A stretch of 64,000 bases of DNA from a virus. Its lineage: Duplodnaviria; Caudoviricetes. The stretch is from IMG/VR virus record IMGVR_UViG_3300028591_000128, positions 42,311 to 106,310 of that record; one strand, written 5' to 3'. Each line of letters opens with the position of its first letter. Position 1 is the first letter of the stretch. The position numbers and the translations under genes are program-made. The notes beneath the pieces are model-generated. The model did not search any database, was not told the origin of the DNA, and worked only from the letters and a program-made list of their open reading frames with translations. Shown here one piece after another: positions 42,801 to 52,034 of the stretch.

Positions 42801-43589
42801 AGGCATATCTTGTGGACCAAGTGGTATACCATTACTACCTGGAACCTGTGGTGCTTTGAATAGACTACTAATGAATCCAGGTGCATTTTTTGCTGCGGAT
42901 AATCCACCTTTTTCTATATCAAACAATCCACGAAGTCCAGCACCAGCACCTTGTAGGAAATTTCCAGCTGCTGTTTGTGCGGTACCAACATTGGAAAATC
43001 TACTTGCAACAGCATTTGCACCACGTTGACCGAGATTACCACTAACAAGATTATTGACAAATGCATTTCCTCTTGTAGATATATTTGTTAAGAAATTTGA
43101 CCCTAGAGTATTTAATTGAGATGTAAGTGCTCTACCGGTATCAGTATTCTTGAATGCAGACATAAATGACTGCCCAAGTTGCTTTCCTATAGCACCCTGA
43201 ATTCCATCTATATCTGTATTAAGTCTTCCAGCAAACCCCTTGAATATGTCGCCGACTTCTTTTTTAAATCCAGATCCAAGGAATCCATCAATAAGTGCAT
43301 CTTCAAAACTATCCATGAATCCCTTACGGGAATTCTTATTATCTGCATCAAAAGAAGTCAGACGGTTTGCTTGTCTGTTTCTAAATGCGGATCCTGCATC
43401 ATTTCCAAAAGATCTAGCATTGGCTTGAGATGGTGTACCATTTTTAGCCCATGAAGACATGTTCTTATCAAGATTTTCGACATGATTAAGAATGTCTAGT
43501 AGTATTCTCGGTGGAACATTATTACCGGCAGCTGCTTCCGTTACTTCTAATACAGATATACTTGAATTGTTGTTATTCGTATCAGCCAT
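39837..43589 (-). CDS. tape measure protein
   Basis: 1250 aa, Ala/Gly-rich helical with a hydrophobic segment and Trp-periodic C-terminus; follows gp26/gp51-like genes. Confidence 0.7.
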   Translation of the reverse strand: MADTNNNNSSISVLEVTEAAAGNNVPPRILLDILNHVENLDKNMSSWAKNGTPSQANARSFGNDAGSAFRNRQANRLTSFDADNKNSRKGFMDSFEDALIDGFLGSGFKKEVGDIFKGFAGRLNTDIDGIQGAIGKQLGQSFMSAFKNTDTGRALTSQLNTLGSNFLTNISTRGNAFVNNLVSGNLGQRGANAVASRFSNVGTAQTAAGNFLQGAGAGLRGLFDIEKGGLSAAKNAPGFISSLFKAPQVPGSNGIPLGPQDMPGHIIGPGSGDIATQLANVGNSAGKVVNAFTGAGGGAGGLAGAGGQVTKMLAGMGPHGWAVIGAMVALELVTDRLMEGFKDIGAGIKQIFGAFSAASKRDVETRKKNLELSKQRMKDDYETMVKYPFELLQKAATDLYNAWDSNLTKISATQGYTKSDVQDLMANYAERIRNEGLSKYVNGANLMDNLAKVLDSGLSNKIAEEFAYQATLLNKAVPTQDFFSYAATYASVAANAQRAGESEAQAIEKANASLRSFASSLLYADRELTGGFTTGLQNASSLYKDAANIALAAQSDNIDAISSTLVAVQGYIGAVAPDLADGLVNVINKLATGGNSSETVALRSLAGVNASNTEFLRALAKDPQAILGAMFENLSAMFTESPDAYMEKAEGYASLFGVDAAAFQRVDFADLAKAIKEMNVNNSSLSENMALLREGQTTTTTEQLKNQQINEYMINEGLALVLDNEASRAIQQHMWDEQMQRDLVQSTFSVELIGETKEGLLKIGEGVQKILDFLNPFSWFKKLGNVIATADEGFQQQADVAQMLQLTKVGQGNTRDFRNLVTRNESLNLTRPLVELIGGRSLYGNASEFKGWYGISNTLYGNDGFASSSISQMKELLDQANGIYPSVSSPTSKYSWGSLRNVSKTQGRIADMILNSATDLVSTFTSSSNAPSSSLNATANAAKQALDRMMDQAYIKDEFVKQGKTYEDWASTSGKFGIADLDKAMESAGYQESDIKKFFEDVEAKAGQEEQHERNLREEAFWKSGQNYWDEYYPNTFAPELHSKLDVVIQNQEQWYEDFFDSWKTWTKDEYPEPWLAWLGTDKQTGAWGKWVGSSGAWAKWIGGSKENPASTWSDFTKAISDFWGFGTKRGGTFQELYTRLSDYMAYNSYYGVSSNGKFRSSTLLKELESIKVDTKKEERKSIADQMGQVLADTLITDQTTDPTLQTNILLGQILVYVGQIVQQTNTPAGGTSFIDTLSAMSLGLTQKTP

Positions 43590-43610
43590 TTATTTTACTC
43601 CGATACAAGT

Positions 43611-43640
43611 CAAGGGCAAGTAATTACATACTTGCCCTTG
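43611..43640 (-). terminator. hairpin/terminator
   Basis: caagggcaagta-N6-tacttgcccttg perfect stem. Confidence 0.55.
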
Positions 43641-43654
43641 TTCTACATAAAATG

Positions 43655-43822
43655 CTATTTCTTAGTCTTTAGACGATTAGCACGTTCAGTAAGCTCATCG
43701 TGTAAGGCTTCAGCATATTTCTTTCGAATAAATATTGGTTGGTTCATTATCCATTCGGTAGACACAGCACCTTCAGATGCTCTTGATATAAACAGGGCTT
43801 CATCAATTATATTCTCATACAT
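43655..43822 (-). CDS. small baseplate/tail assembly protein (gp51-like)
   Basis: MYENIIDEALFISRASEGAVSTEWIMNQPIFIRKKY; start overlaps the stop of the upstream gene. Confidence 0.5.
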   Translation of the reverse strand: MYENIIDEALFISRASEGAVSTEWIMNQPIFIRKKYAEALHDELTERANRLKTKK

Positions 43823-44654
43823 CTGCTTTCTTACTTGGTGATAAGTCTTTTCTTTCCCCTGAATGTTTACTGTTCTTCCATTCCCGTAAATCTCCCAAGG
43901 TCGGACGAAAAAATTTATCATTCAACATTGCATAGAATATACCATCTGTACTACCACACTTCGGACAAGTGGTTTTTCCACCTACACGAAGTCCGTAGTC
44001 TGCAAGTTGACTTACCATATTTCTGAGAATAATGTAATCAGCAGATGAAAATTCCTTCTGAATAAGCATCTTGATTTCAATAGGTGTAAGAATTGATTTG
44101 TTTCCAATAGAAGAAATCATATAGCAGATTCTAGCAAGCTCTCTATTGGTTTCACCTTCTGCATTCTTAAATGCCTTATCCTTATCAGAGTTCATAATCT
44201 GTTGAATAGTAGGTAATTTAATATGCACATCCTGATTGAAATCAATAAATTCATCTTTACTGATTACAATATCATTAACAAAACCCGGTGGTAATGGTTT
44301 ACAATCAATAGTTTCCAAATTTACTATATACTCACCATAGGTAAGTTTTTCACAGTCTGGGCAGAAGATGGCAGTTGTTGTAAAATACGGTCCATAATTC
44401 AATATACGAAGACATCTACAAACCCATTGAAAATCAATTTCAAGTAATTTCCTAAAATCAATTTTCTCTTCTACTGCTGATGGTAGTATTTTTTCAATCA
44501 TTGTCTTTTCGAAATCTTCACTACCAACATAATCAAGTTCCGAAGCGGTTGGGATACTAGTAAGAGTCAGTTCATCTGGGATATCAGTATATAATCCCTT
44601 TCCCAACAGTTCAATTTTCTCAGACATAGCCATATTCAGTTTCCTCCATTCCAA
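43815..44654 (-). CDS. baseplate hub assembly protein (T4 gp26-like)
   Basis: CPDC and CPKC zinc pairs, DKFFRP C-terminal motif, upstream of the tape measure gene. Confidence 0.7.
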   Translation of the reverse strand: MEWRKLNMAMSEKIELLGKGLYTDIPDELTLTSIPTASELDYVGSEDFEKTMIEKILPSAVEEKIDFRKLLEIDFQWVCRCLRILNYGPYFTTTAIFCPDCEKLTYGEYIVNLETIDCKPLPPGFVNDIVISKDEFIDFNQDVHIKLPTIQQIMNSDKDKAFKNAEGETNRELARICYMISSIGNKSILTPIEIKMLIQKEFSSADYIILRNMVSQLADYGLRVGGKTTCPKCGSTDGIFYAMLNDKFFRPTLGDLREWKNSKHSGERKDLSPSKKADV

Positions 44655-44678
44655 CAGTTTTGAATTGGTAAATATAAA

Positions 44679-44726
44679 AATAGTATAGGGTATCGCAGAA
44701 AGTTTTGCAATGCACCCTATACTATT
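44679..44726 (-). terminator. hairpin terminator
   Basis: aatagtatagggt...accctatactatt stem. Confidence 0.55.
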
Positions 44727-44768
44727 ATAAAAGGTTGTTGGTCAATTTACAATAGGTATAAATAGATG

Positions 44769-45371
44769 TTACAACTCAGGATATCGGTCTTTAAATCGTT
44801 TCATTGCCTTGATATATCCAGAAGTACCAGAATATGGTTCATACTCCGTAGCATTTACAGAAATATCAGTAGAACTCAATACGAAGTCTTTTCCGCAGAT
44901 GTTTGTAAAATACTCTTCTGCATCTTTTACATTTGCATGATCAAACTCCATATCAATGTTTCCATTCCGATCGTAATATCTTCCTATAACATTGATTGCA
45001 TAATTCCTTGTCTTATCCTGTGTAGGAATAGTTACAAGTACAGAATCCTGATCATATTTCTTACACCAACTCACTGCAAGTTTGATGAAATCTTCTGTCC
45101 GGTATCCATTATTTACTACACAAAATGTATCTTCTGTTACACGAACACCATCCGGATTTTCACCACGTTCAATGAATCCACCAAATGCCTTAATGTATGT
45201 AAGATCACTTCCATGAATATCTGAAGCAAGTTCTTTGTTTCTTCTACGATTTTCCTTTACAGAATATTCGTGCCGAAATGCAGTGATAAACATGCAATCG
45301 TAGTTATTCATGTAGTCTACTACACGGCTGAAAGAAAAAGCGTTAATTGTTTGATTTACGAGTCTCAGCAT
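44769..45371 (-). CDS. conserved large-phage hypothetical protein
   Basis: FITAFR...ENRRRNKEL...GGFIE...KKYDQDSVL pattern recalled from large phages. Confidence 0.6.
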   Translation of the reverse strand: MLRLVNQTINAFSFSRVVDYMNNYDCMFITAFRHEYSVKENRRRNKELASDIHGSDLTYIKAFGGFIERGENPDGVRVTEDTFCVVNNGYRTEDFIKLAVSWCKKYDQDSVLVTIPTQDKTRNYAINVIGRYYDRNGNIDMEFDHANVKDAEEYFTNICGKDFVLSSTDISVNATEYEPYSGTSGYIKAMKRFKDRYPEL

Positions 45372-45396
45372 GATATCACAACCTTCCTACATAATT

Positions 45397-45795
45397 TTAC
45401 AGAACATCATCGTTGCTGATAACAACTTCACCATTTACATCATCAACAAAGATTTTACAAGAATCTCCGAGTACATTTACTAAGAATGATCCAGGGATAG
45501 AATCTAGTACATATCGTAGATCACTAACTGTTTTACATTCACCAATAAATGCAAATGCAACATCAGTTTCAGAATTTTCAAGTATTTCCCAACCATAGAA
45601 AGAACTTAGCGGAGTGGTTCCGTATGCACGATTTGGTGTTACATTTCCATCAGCATCTACCCAATCAAATTTTATGGATAGTCCATTTCTATATCTACCA
45701 GATTGTTCAAGTTTAGTTACAATAATATGTTCATCTTTATTGACAAGTTCTGTACCAACCCTGACATAATCTTTTGTTGATCTATCCAACTTCAT
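45397..45795 (-). CDS. hypothetical protein
   Basis: AAGGAG SD, AATCGTTATAA motif upstream. Confidence 0.65.
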   Translation of the reverse strand: MKLDRSTKDYVRVGTELVNKDEHIIVTKLEQSGRYRNGLSIKFDWVDADGNVTPNRAYGTTPLSSFYGWEILENSETDVAFAFIGECKTVSDLRYVLDSIPGSFLVNVLGDSCKIFVDDVNGEVVISNDDVL

Positions 45796-45825
45796 AAATT
45801 AATCTCCTTCATATATTATAACGAT

Positions 45826-46248
45826 TTATCCGTATGTAAATGGTGGAACTTGATCACCCATATCACCGTCACCAAGGAAACCACTACCATTACTACGTAC
45901 AAATTTCTGCGCGTAATCAAATAGCCAATCAAGTTTGTATCCTTGCGGATACTGCTCATTCATTTCTTCAAGAAGATCCATAGTCACAAGTCTTGCAAGG
46001 TCAATGGCATCTGATTTGTATTTTGCCATAATTGCACAATCCATCGGATTTTTACTCTGGCCTTTAAACCATCGTCTTATTGCAGCTTTAGGATTATTTG
46101 TACTTGAAGAGTCATATCCGCAAATGACTCTGTATTTGAATCCGTTATATGGATCCCACGCTTCGTATTCCCCGTCTTCTAATTCCTCTAACCGCTCCGG
46201 AGTTGCATCATACAGAATCTTTGATTCACTTCTTATATATCTCTTCAT
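45826..46248 (-). CDS. hypothetical protein (MKRYIRS N-terminus)
   Basis: 140-aa ORF with SD. Confidence 0.65.
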   Translation of the reverse strand: MKRYIRSESKILYDATPERLEELEDGEYEAWDPYNGFKYRVICGYDSSSTNNPKAAIRRWFKGQSKNPMDCAIMAKYKSDAIDLARLVTMDLLEEMNEQYPQGYKLDWLFDYAQKFVRSNGSGFLGDGDMGDQVPPFTYG

Positions 46249-46266
46249 ATATTATAGTATTCCTTT

Positions 46267-46857
46267 CTACCACTCTTCGGTAATGATTATGTCATCTTCT
46301 GTAATATCATCTTCCGTGATTTCTTCAATACGGAATTCCCCATAATGATGAAGTATATTACCAGCATTTCCACCTTGAACAAATTCATCTGGATAAATAA
46401 CCCAATCCGGATCACCTATTGGATGAATGGTTTCGTACTCATCATCCCACTCGTACTCAGGTTCATATAGGATTCTGGAATCACCCCGTTCTACAAGATA
46501 ATCAATAAGGATATCTGTTAGAGCGCCATAGTCTGTAGTTTGATGATCTGTCTCAATTACAAATGAATCAACATAAGCAGTTCCAGTTCCGATAGAAATG
46601 CGGTAGTAATAATGATTATCTATGTCTGTTGCAGAATACACATTTTCTTCCATCCACCGTTCATCTTCAGGATCACGATTCATTTCATCGTATTCATCAT
46701 CTTGCCATGCAAAGTTAATTCTATCTTTCAAATCCCTATAGGTTTCATAATCATATTCATCCCAAGTATCTTCTGGATGATTTTCAAGCCACGAATCTAA
46801 CTGATCCTGTAATTTCCTTGGATCTTCATATTGTCTATACATAATATATACCTCCAA
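46267..46857 (-). CDS. acidic hypothetical protein
   Basis: 196-aa ORF; true start likely MYRQY after GGAGGT. Confidence 0.65.
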   Translation of the reverse strand: MEVYIMYRQYEDPRKLQDQLDSWLENHPEDTWDEYDYETYRDLKDRINFAWQDDEYDEMNRDPEDERWMEENVYSATDIDNHYYYRISIGTGTAYVDSFVIETDHQTTDYGALTDILIDYLVERGDSRILYEPEYEWDDEYETIHPIGDPDWVIYPDEFVQGGNAGNILHHYGEFRIEEITEDDITEDDIIITEEW

Positions 46858-46938
46858 AATAGTATAGTATCTACTAAATATAATAAAGGTTAAAACAATA
46901 ATGAATACTTTACTTTCACATGATACACTTAGAAATTC

Positions 46939-47247
46939 TCATTCCTTAAAGAAATGAATCCAACTATTTTCGCTCGCAATCTTTAATCCAATATCTACTT
47001 CATCAGAATCTGTAAGATCTTCTATTGCCCATACTGTAAATCCAACATCCGAATTACTTGACAATTTCACAAGATATTTGTGATTATGTATAAATCCACA
47101 GGTGGTTCTTCCAACATATTTCCGTATCACGTATTCAGATGATCTTATATTTTTTATAGGAGATGATTTTTGCTCCTTTGATGGAATTATATCAGTTGCA
47201 TCATCTGCAAATAGATTTATAGATTTTGATTTTCTACCCCTACCCAT
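46939..47247 (-). CDS. hypothetical protein
   Basis: 102-aa ORF coupled to the upstream stop. Confidence 0.55.
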   Translation of the reverse strand: MGRGRKSKSINLFADDATDIIPSKEQKSSPIKNIRSSEYVIRKYVGRTTCGFIHNHKYLVKLSSNSDVGFTVWAIEDLTDSDEVDIGLKIASENSWIHFFKE

Positions 47248-47429
47248 TATCTACCACGCCTTTCTTCTAAAGAAATAAGGTACTTACTTCCGATCAGACA
47301 GATTATAGAAATTACTTCCTGAATACATGCTTGCGAAAAACTAATGATGTTCATATTACATGCTCCGGCAGTTCCGCAAGCAAGGATAATAGATAATACA
47401 AAGATGATTTCATAAATAGTCTTCTTCAT
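47247..47429 (-). CDS. small membrane protein
   Basis: two hydrophobic segments; ATGA coupling. Confidence 0.55.
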   Translation of the reverse strand: MKKTIYEIIFVLSIILACGTAGACNMNIISFSQACIQEVISIICLIGSKYLISLEERRGR

Positions 47430-47608
47430 GATAATTCTCCATTCTTAAAATATTGTGTGCAAAGGTATTCTACTCGGTACATAGTTCTTACATGATTGTC
47501 CAAAACTTTACCATCTGGTAATGTAATTTTGTAGAAGTATGATCTTCCTACTTTGGATTCCAAGTCAATTTTTACATTGAATGTTCTTTCAATCTCTGAC
47601 TTGTTCAT
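47426..47608 (-). CDS. hypothetical protein
   Basis: GGAGTG SD, consensus SigA promoter upstream. Confidence 0.55.
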   Translation of the reverse strand: MNKSEIERTFNVKIDLESKVGRSYFYKITLPDGKVLDNHVRTMYRVEYLCTQYFKNGELS

Positions 47609-47662
47609 GTTTGTATCACTCCGTTCTATTAAATACTTGATATAGGTTTTTCATCTAAGACA

Positions 47663-47691
47663 ATTATATACTATATAAGATAATATGTCAA
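47663..47691 (-). promoter_or_regulatory. SigA-type promoter
   Basis: TTGACA-N17-TATAAT. Confidence 0.8.
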
Positions 47692-47775
47692 CATATTTAT
47701 GATAAATTTAGTAAATAAATTATCTAAATATGAGTATAAAAATTCCGGGAACTGTGAAAGTCCCCGGACAATTTG

Positions 47776-48216
47776 TTATTGTAACTTCGCTTCCAATCTA
47801 TCATAGTATTTCTCAATCAGATCAAGTACAGAACTTATCCCATCCTTAAGTCCGGTATCATAATCTTCTCCACCAGATTCTTCAGCGTATAGGCTCTCCG
47901 CTTCTGTGTATAAATCTTGTAGAACTGCTAAAGTATCTTCTGGTAAATCACTCTCCCAATATTCAACAAACTCTGAACTTTCTATAGGAACACGTTCACC
48001 GGATGCAAATTGATCTTTCAAAGCTGCAACAAGTTCATTCCACTCATGACATTCTCCGCAGTTATTTGCATCTGCGATATCTTCTATGGTAAGATCATTC
48101 TCTTTTGCAAGTGCATGGAGTTTAATGATATCTGGCAGCATAAGCGGTTTATTGTTGAGTGCAAGATCATCCAGCGTATTCATTATTTCATAATAAGCAA
48201 TCATCTCTGTATTCAT
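47776..48216 (-). CDS. acidic hypothetical protein
   Basis: GAGGT SD; ACCTTGTATA motif upstream. Confidence 0.6.
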   Translation of the reverse strand: MNTEMIAYYEIMNTLDDLALNNKPLMLPDIIKLHALAKENDLTIEDIADANNCGECHEWNELVAALKDQFASGERVPIESSEFVEYWESDLPEDTLAVLQDLYTEAESLYAEESGGEDYDTGLKDGISSVLDLIEKYYDRLEAKLQ

Positions 48217-48264
48217 AATTAATACCTCACAAACAGAATGTTATATCTATATACAAGGTGCAAT

Positions 48265-48804
48265 TTATCTGGTCATGACTTCTATTGCTAGTTGAATTCG
48301 TTGATCTAATTGAATGAATGCATCTTCGTAAGATTTGATTTCAGTATTTTCTTTATTCAGCACATAATCTATTGTATATGGTGTAAGTTTCTTTCCACGT
48401 GTAAATCGATGAAGTTCTGTGGATTGTTCTTCTTCCTTTTTATGTTGCTGTTGCAGTTTAGTTCTATGTGCAGGATGTGTCGATACTCGAAGTCTTAGTC
48501 TAAATTTAAGTATAGTATTTCCATCTGCATCTTTTGCAATAAAATTATAATAATTTGAATTATCTTCTGAAAAATTCAAATATGTAAGTTCTAAACCATA
48601 ATAATCAATGCATAGGTCTTCTACAGAAACTATGAACGCATTATAATCTGCTAAAGCCTGTGGTGGGATTATAGCATTCTTTTCACCACTTATAAGTTCA
48701 CCATCAGGTATATAGAATCCCTTATATGTTGCTGCAGCTATATATGGATCATCTGTATCTAAAAATATATTCACCAACAAATCAAATGTTATAGGAAGTA
48801 TCAT
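48265..48804 (-). CDS. hypothetical protein, possible toxin partner of the RHH gene
   Basis: starts 3 nt after the RHH stop; RLRVSTHP motif. Confidence 0.5.
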   Translation of the reverse strand: MILPITFDLLVNIFLDTDDPYIAAATYKGFYIPDGELISGEKNAIIPPQALADYNAFIVSVEDLCIDYYGLELTYLNFSEDNSNYYNFIAKDADGNTILKFRLRLRVSTHPAHRTKLQQQHKKEEEQSTELHRFTRGKKLTPYTIDYVLNKENTEIKSYEDAFIQLDQRIQLAIEVMTR

Positions 48805-48807
48805 AAT

Positions 48808-49005
48808 CTAATCCACCCCTCTATTTTTATAATAAGCTATTGCAGTCTGAATGTATGCGTTAACTGACATACCCTCTGACTTTGCAATATCTTTCAATTT
48901 AGCATGTTCTCCATTTGGAAGCATAATTGTAACTCGATCATACTTCTTCTTATTGTAGTTGTTCTGATATGAAATCCTATCAAATTTCTCTTTGGTATCG
49001 GACAT
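48808..49005 (-). CDS. ribbon-helix-helix (antitoxin-like) regulator
   Basis: YNKKKYDRVTIMLPNGEHAKLKDIAKSEGMSVNAYI. Confidence 0.7.
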   Translation of the reverse strand: MSDTKEKFDRISYQNNYNKKKYDRVTIMLPNGEHAKLKDIAKSEGMSVNAYIQTAIAYYKNRGVD

Positions 49006-49021
49006 AATCTTTCTACTCCTT

Positions 49022-49062
49022 ATTATAATAGATATTTATAAATGTGTCAATAGATATTTATA
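49022..49062 (-). promoter_or_regulatory. SigA promoter with direct-repeat operator
   Basis: TTGACA-N17-TATAAT; aatagatatttata repeated at 49027-49040 and 49049-49062 flanking the -35. Confidence 0.75.
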
Positions 49063-49136
49063 CATTCAATAATTATAACGATTTAACAAAACTAAAAACA
49101 CCCATGATCTACTCACAGGTGTTTTAGAAATATCAT

Positions 49137-49361
49137 TTAGTTGATCTTATAATTACGATATTCTACTTCCATGCTTGATTCATTAGTTTCATGACAATAT
49201 GGACAGACATCATAATCTCTATCACGGAATCCAGGAATCTGGCTCTCTGTTTCCTGTCTATAGTTCTTACCACAATGCGTACATTTAACTATATTGGAAC
49301 CATAAACAAATCCATTATCAGAAAGTTCCTGCTCAACGAGCAAATCTTTCATTCCTCCCAT
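49137..49361 (-). CDS. small zinc-ribbon protein
   Basis: CTHC...CPYC. Confidence 0.6.
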   Translation of the reverse strand: MGGMKDLLVEQELSDNGFVYGSNIVKCTHCGKNYRQETESQIPGFRDRDYDVCPYCHETNESSMEVEYRNYKIN

Positions 49362-49369
49362 ACTTCACC

Positions 49370-49678
49370 TCATGTAAATAGATTTTTCTTAACAATTTCC
49401 AATCCGGCACGAACTTCTTCTAAAGATTCTACAGATACATTTGGATTACTCAAAGTAGATATTGCTTTATCTAAAATCCGGTCAGTTTCTTCGGATTTGT
49501 ATCTAATAGAATCGTTGTTTAGCTTGCTATCTGCAAATTCTTGACCATTTTCTGCAAGCATAATTGCGTAAAATAATCCCTTCAATATTCCAGTTTCATA
49601 CACTTTGTTAGAATGTTCAAAGTTTTCAAGTTTTGACTTTAAGCGGTTTACATATTCTGTAGTTTCATAGTAAAACAT
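49370..49678 (-). CDS. hypothetical protein
   Basis: AAGGGGG SD; AATCGTTATAA upstream. Confidence 0.6.
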   Translation of the reverse strand: MFYYETTEYVNRLKSKLENFEHSNKVYETGILKGLFYAIMLAENGQEFADSKLNNDSIRYKSEETDRILDKAISTLSNPNVSVESLEEVRAGLEIVKKNLFT

Positions 49679-49767
49679 TTTTTTGTTCCCCCTTATTTAT
49701 TATAACGATTTACAGGCATAAAACCACCGCAACAAGTAAGTCACGGTGGTTTACCTACAACGTATAA

Positions 49768-50577
49768 TTATTTTGCATAACTCTTCCTAAGTGAACATAC
49801 AGGGCATCCATCACTTGCTTGGAAAATTTCAATAAAGTCAGGATCATACCACTGAATTTCTACATCAGAGAACTTTGTATTCTTATTGAAGTATCCTACT
49901 GTATCTTTCAGATAGTTGAACAATTCCTCTTCAGTTGTATCATCTGAAATCCAAATCTTCTCTTCTACAACTGCTTGATCGTTTACTTCCCAACCATCTT
50001 CCTCATTACCCCATACATCGAAGTAATCAATGAGATCAAAATATTTTCCGGGATCATTATGACCTACACAGTTGATGGCTGTTGAAGAATTGACATATTT
50101 ATCATAACTAAAATCTTTCGGTTGTTTCTCTTTTGCCATATCTAAATAATGATGTGCTTTTTTAAGATTGCCATGTGAAAAGAAGTCTATAATCTTCTCT
50201 GCCCAACGAAGTGGTACAGGAAAATAATCACCGGATCTATCCATATAAAGAACATACCCATCCCCTAAATAACGCATAGTACAAAAATTATCACGATAGT
50301 ACAATTCATCACTGCTGTAATCATTATGACCTACGCAGTTGATAGATTCTGAAGAATTGATTTCAATTGTATCTGTTTTATCAAGAAGATCGATAGTATC
50401 GTGTTCATATATAGCATAATCAGCAACTCTACCATCATCTTGAATCAGTGCAACACCCATTCCTGCATCATGAAGAGCCTTTACAATCTTCAAATTTGCT
50501 TCTTCGTAATACTTACTGAATATAGAAATTTCAGCAAGTTTCTTATTACCGCTTGAAGCCTTTACATATTTATTCAT
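49768..50577 (-). CDS. hypothetical modular protein (MNKYVKAS N-terminus, internal repeat)
   Basis: repeat INSSESINCVGHND / VNSSTAINCVGHND. Confidence 0.65.
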   Translation of the reverse strand: MNKYVKASSGNKKLAEISIFSKYYEEANLKIVKALHDAGMGVALIQDDGRVADYAIYEHDTIDLLDKTDTIEINSSESINCVGHNDYSSDELYYRDNFCTMRYLGDGYVLYMDRSGDYFPVPLRWAEKIIDFFSHGNLKKAHHYLDMAKEKQPKDFSYDKYVNSSTAINCVGHNDPGKYFDLIDYFDVWGNEEDGWEVNDQAVVEEKIWISDDTTEEELFNYLKDTVGYFNKNTKFSDVEIQWYDPDFIEIFQASDGCPVCSLRKSYAK

Positions 50578-50604
50578 AATGTATTATCCTCACTTCCTTA
50601 TATA

Positions 50605-51684
50605 TTAGAATGCCATCATAAGTACACTATTTCTTGCAGTAATTGCATACATTTCTCCGGTATCTCTATCTTGCAGAAGACCACCATTGATTCCATAAGT
50701 ACCTCTACTAACTGCAATCTTATTTAAATCATGGGAATGGAGGAAATCTTTCATCTCACCAAATCCATAGTTTGTAATATCTATTGCGGCACCATCACGG
50801 ACATAATCTTTGATCTGTTTCTGAGTCATCTTACGGATTCCGGATGATACACTCATGATTTTCTTACGTCCACGGATATTAGTAGACTCCCAAATATCAT
50901 CAGTTTCACTTTCGTCATTCCATAAATCGATTTCCGCATCAGAATCTTCGTAAAAATCTACCCTGTTAATATATTCTTGCTGAATTTCTTCCCATTGTTC
51001 TAACAACCAATCAATGTTGGAATCATCTGCGGAAGTGAATTCAATTTCTGTATTCCAAACTTCGCCTGTTTCTTCATCGTATGGCATCATCCAATCATAG
51101 TCATATTCAGACATCCCCGAATTCTTTGGAAGATAGGCTACTTTTCCACAAAAAAGCGGATTACCATCACCATCATCAATCCATCCGAATACGACTGCCC
51201 ACTGATTTCCATCATCATCGTAATCCAAATTAACACAATAAGTTGTACTACTTGGACCATCCGAAAGTGCTTCAGTTATTGTATTACGAACCTTTTGTCT
51301 AATATTTGAATCACTTGAAGCCTTTACATATTTTTTCATATTACCACCTTCCCTTATATAGCTAGAAGCCTTTATATTTTTCGGATTACTTAGTATGTAT
51401 TCCTGAACACTATTCAATGATGTATTAGTATTGAATCCCCATGTAATATTATCAATATGAGAATTCCAACCATAGGAATCTGTTTCTGCATCTTGAATAA
51501 ATTTATTATATTTTCTTCTAGCAGAAGACTTGTTTGATGTAGTTAATTCATCTACCGGATTACCTACAGAACCATCTGAATATAACATTCCGATCCAAAT
51601 ATTATATGTTCCATAGTCATTAATATCTACTTCTATATAATATTTACCATATTCTGCACTTTGTACGAAAAACCAATTTTGCAT
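50605..51684 (-). CDS. hypothetical modular protein
   Basis: internal SD followed by MKKYVKASS; appears to be fused modules. Confidence 0.6.
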   Translation of the reverse strand: MQNWFFVQSAEYGKYYIEVDINDYGTYNIWIGMLYSDGSVGNPVDELTTSNKSSARRKYNKFIQDAETDSYGWNSHIDNITWGFNTNTSLNSVQEYILSNPKNIKASSYIREGGNMKKYVKASSDSNIRQKVRNTITEALSDGPSSTTYCVNLDYDDDGNQWAVVFGWIDDGDGNPLFCGKVAYLPKNSGMSEYDYDWMMPYDEETGEVWNTEIEFTSADDSNIDWLLEQWEEIQQEYINRVDFYEDSDAEIDLWNDESETDDIWESTNIRGRKKIMSVSSGIRKMTQKQIKDYVRDGAAIDITNYGFGEMKDFLHSHDLNKIAVSRGTYGINGGLLQDRDTGEMYAITARNSVLMMAF

Positions 51685-51704
51685 AGGATTACCTCATAAT
51701 AATA

Positions 51705-51905
51705 TTAATATGTACTATCTATAATGTCATAACTTAGGTATGTATCAATAGGTTCGCTTGTCTTGCGGAGTTCTTTATAATATTCCGGCGGAGGTACTAA
51801 ATCCTCATATACACGATATGCATAATTCTTATCAGTTGTTTCAAATACACACCAATCAAAATCATCATCAGAAACAAATGAAATAAAATAATTCATAATA
51901 GTCAT
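51705..51905 (-). CDS. hypothetical protein
   Basis: GAGGAAGG SD. Confidence 0.5.
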   Translation of the reverse strand: MTIMNYFISFVSDDDFDWCVFETTDKNYAYRVYEDLVPPPEYYKELRKTSEPIDTYLSYDIIDSTY

Positions 51906-52034
51906 CCTTCCTCATCTGTTAGTCATAATAGTAGTCTTCATCAAATTCATCAGATTCAGATTGCTTAATACAGAAATTCGCAATCTCTCATTCATATGGT
52001 ATACACAATCAACACATCTATGTACTACAAGGAT

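Noticed and set aside
43655-43921. Programmed tail-chaperone frameshift at AAATTTTTT
   Set aside because: The overlap is in the +1 frame without a canonical X XXY YYZ heptamer in frame; a coupled ATG at 43822 explains the second gene.
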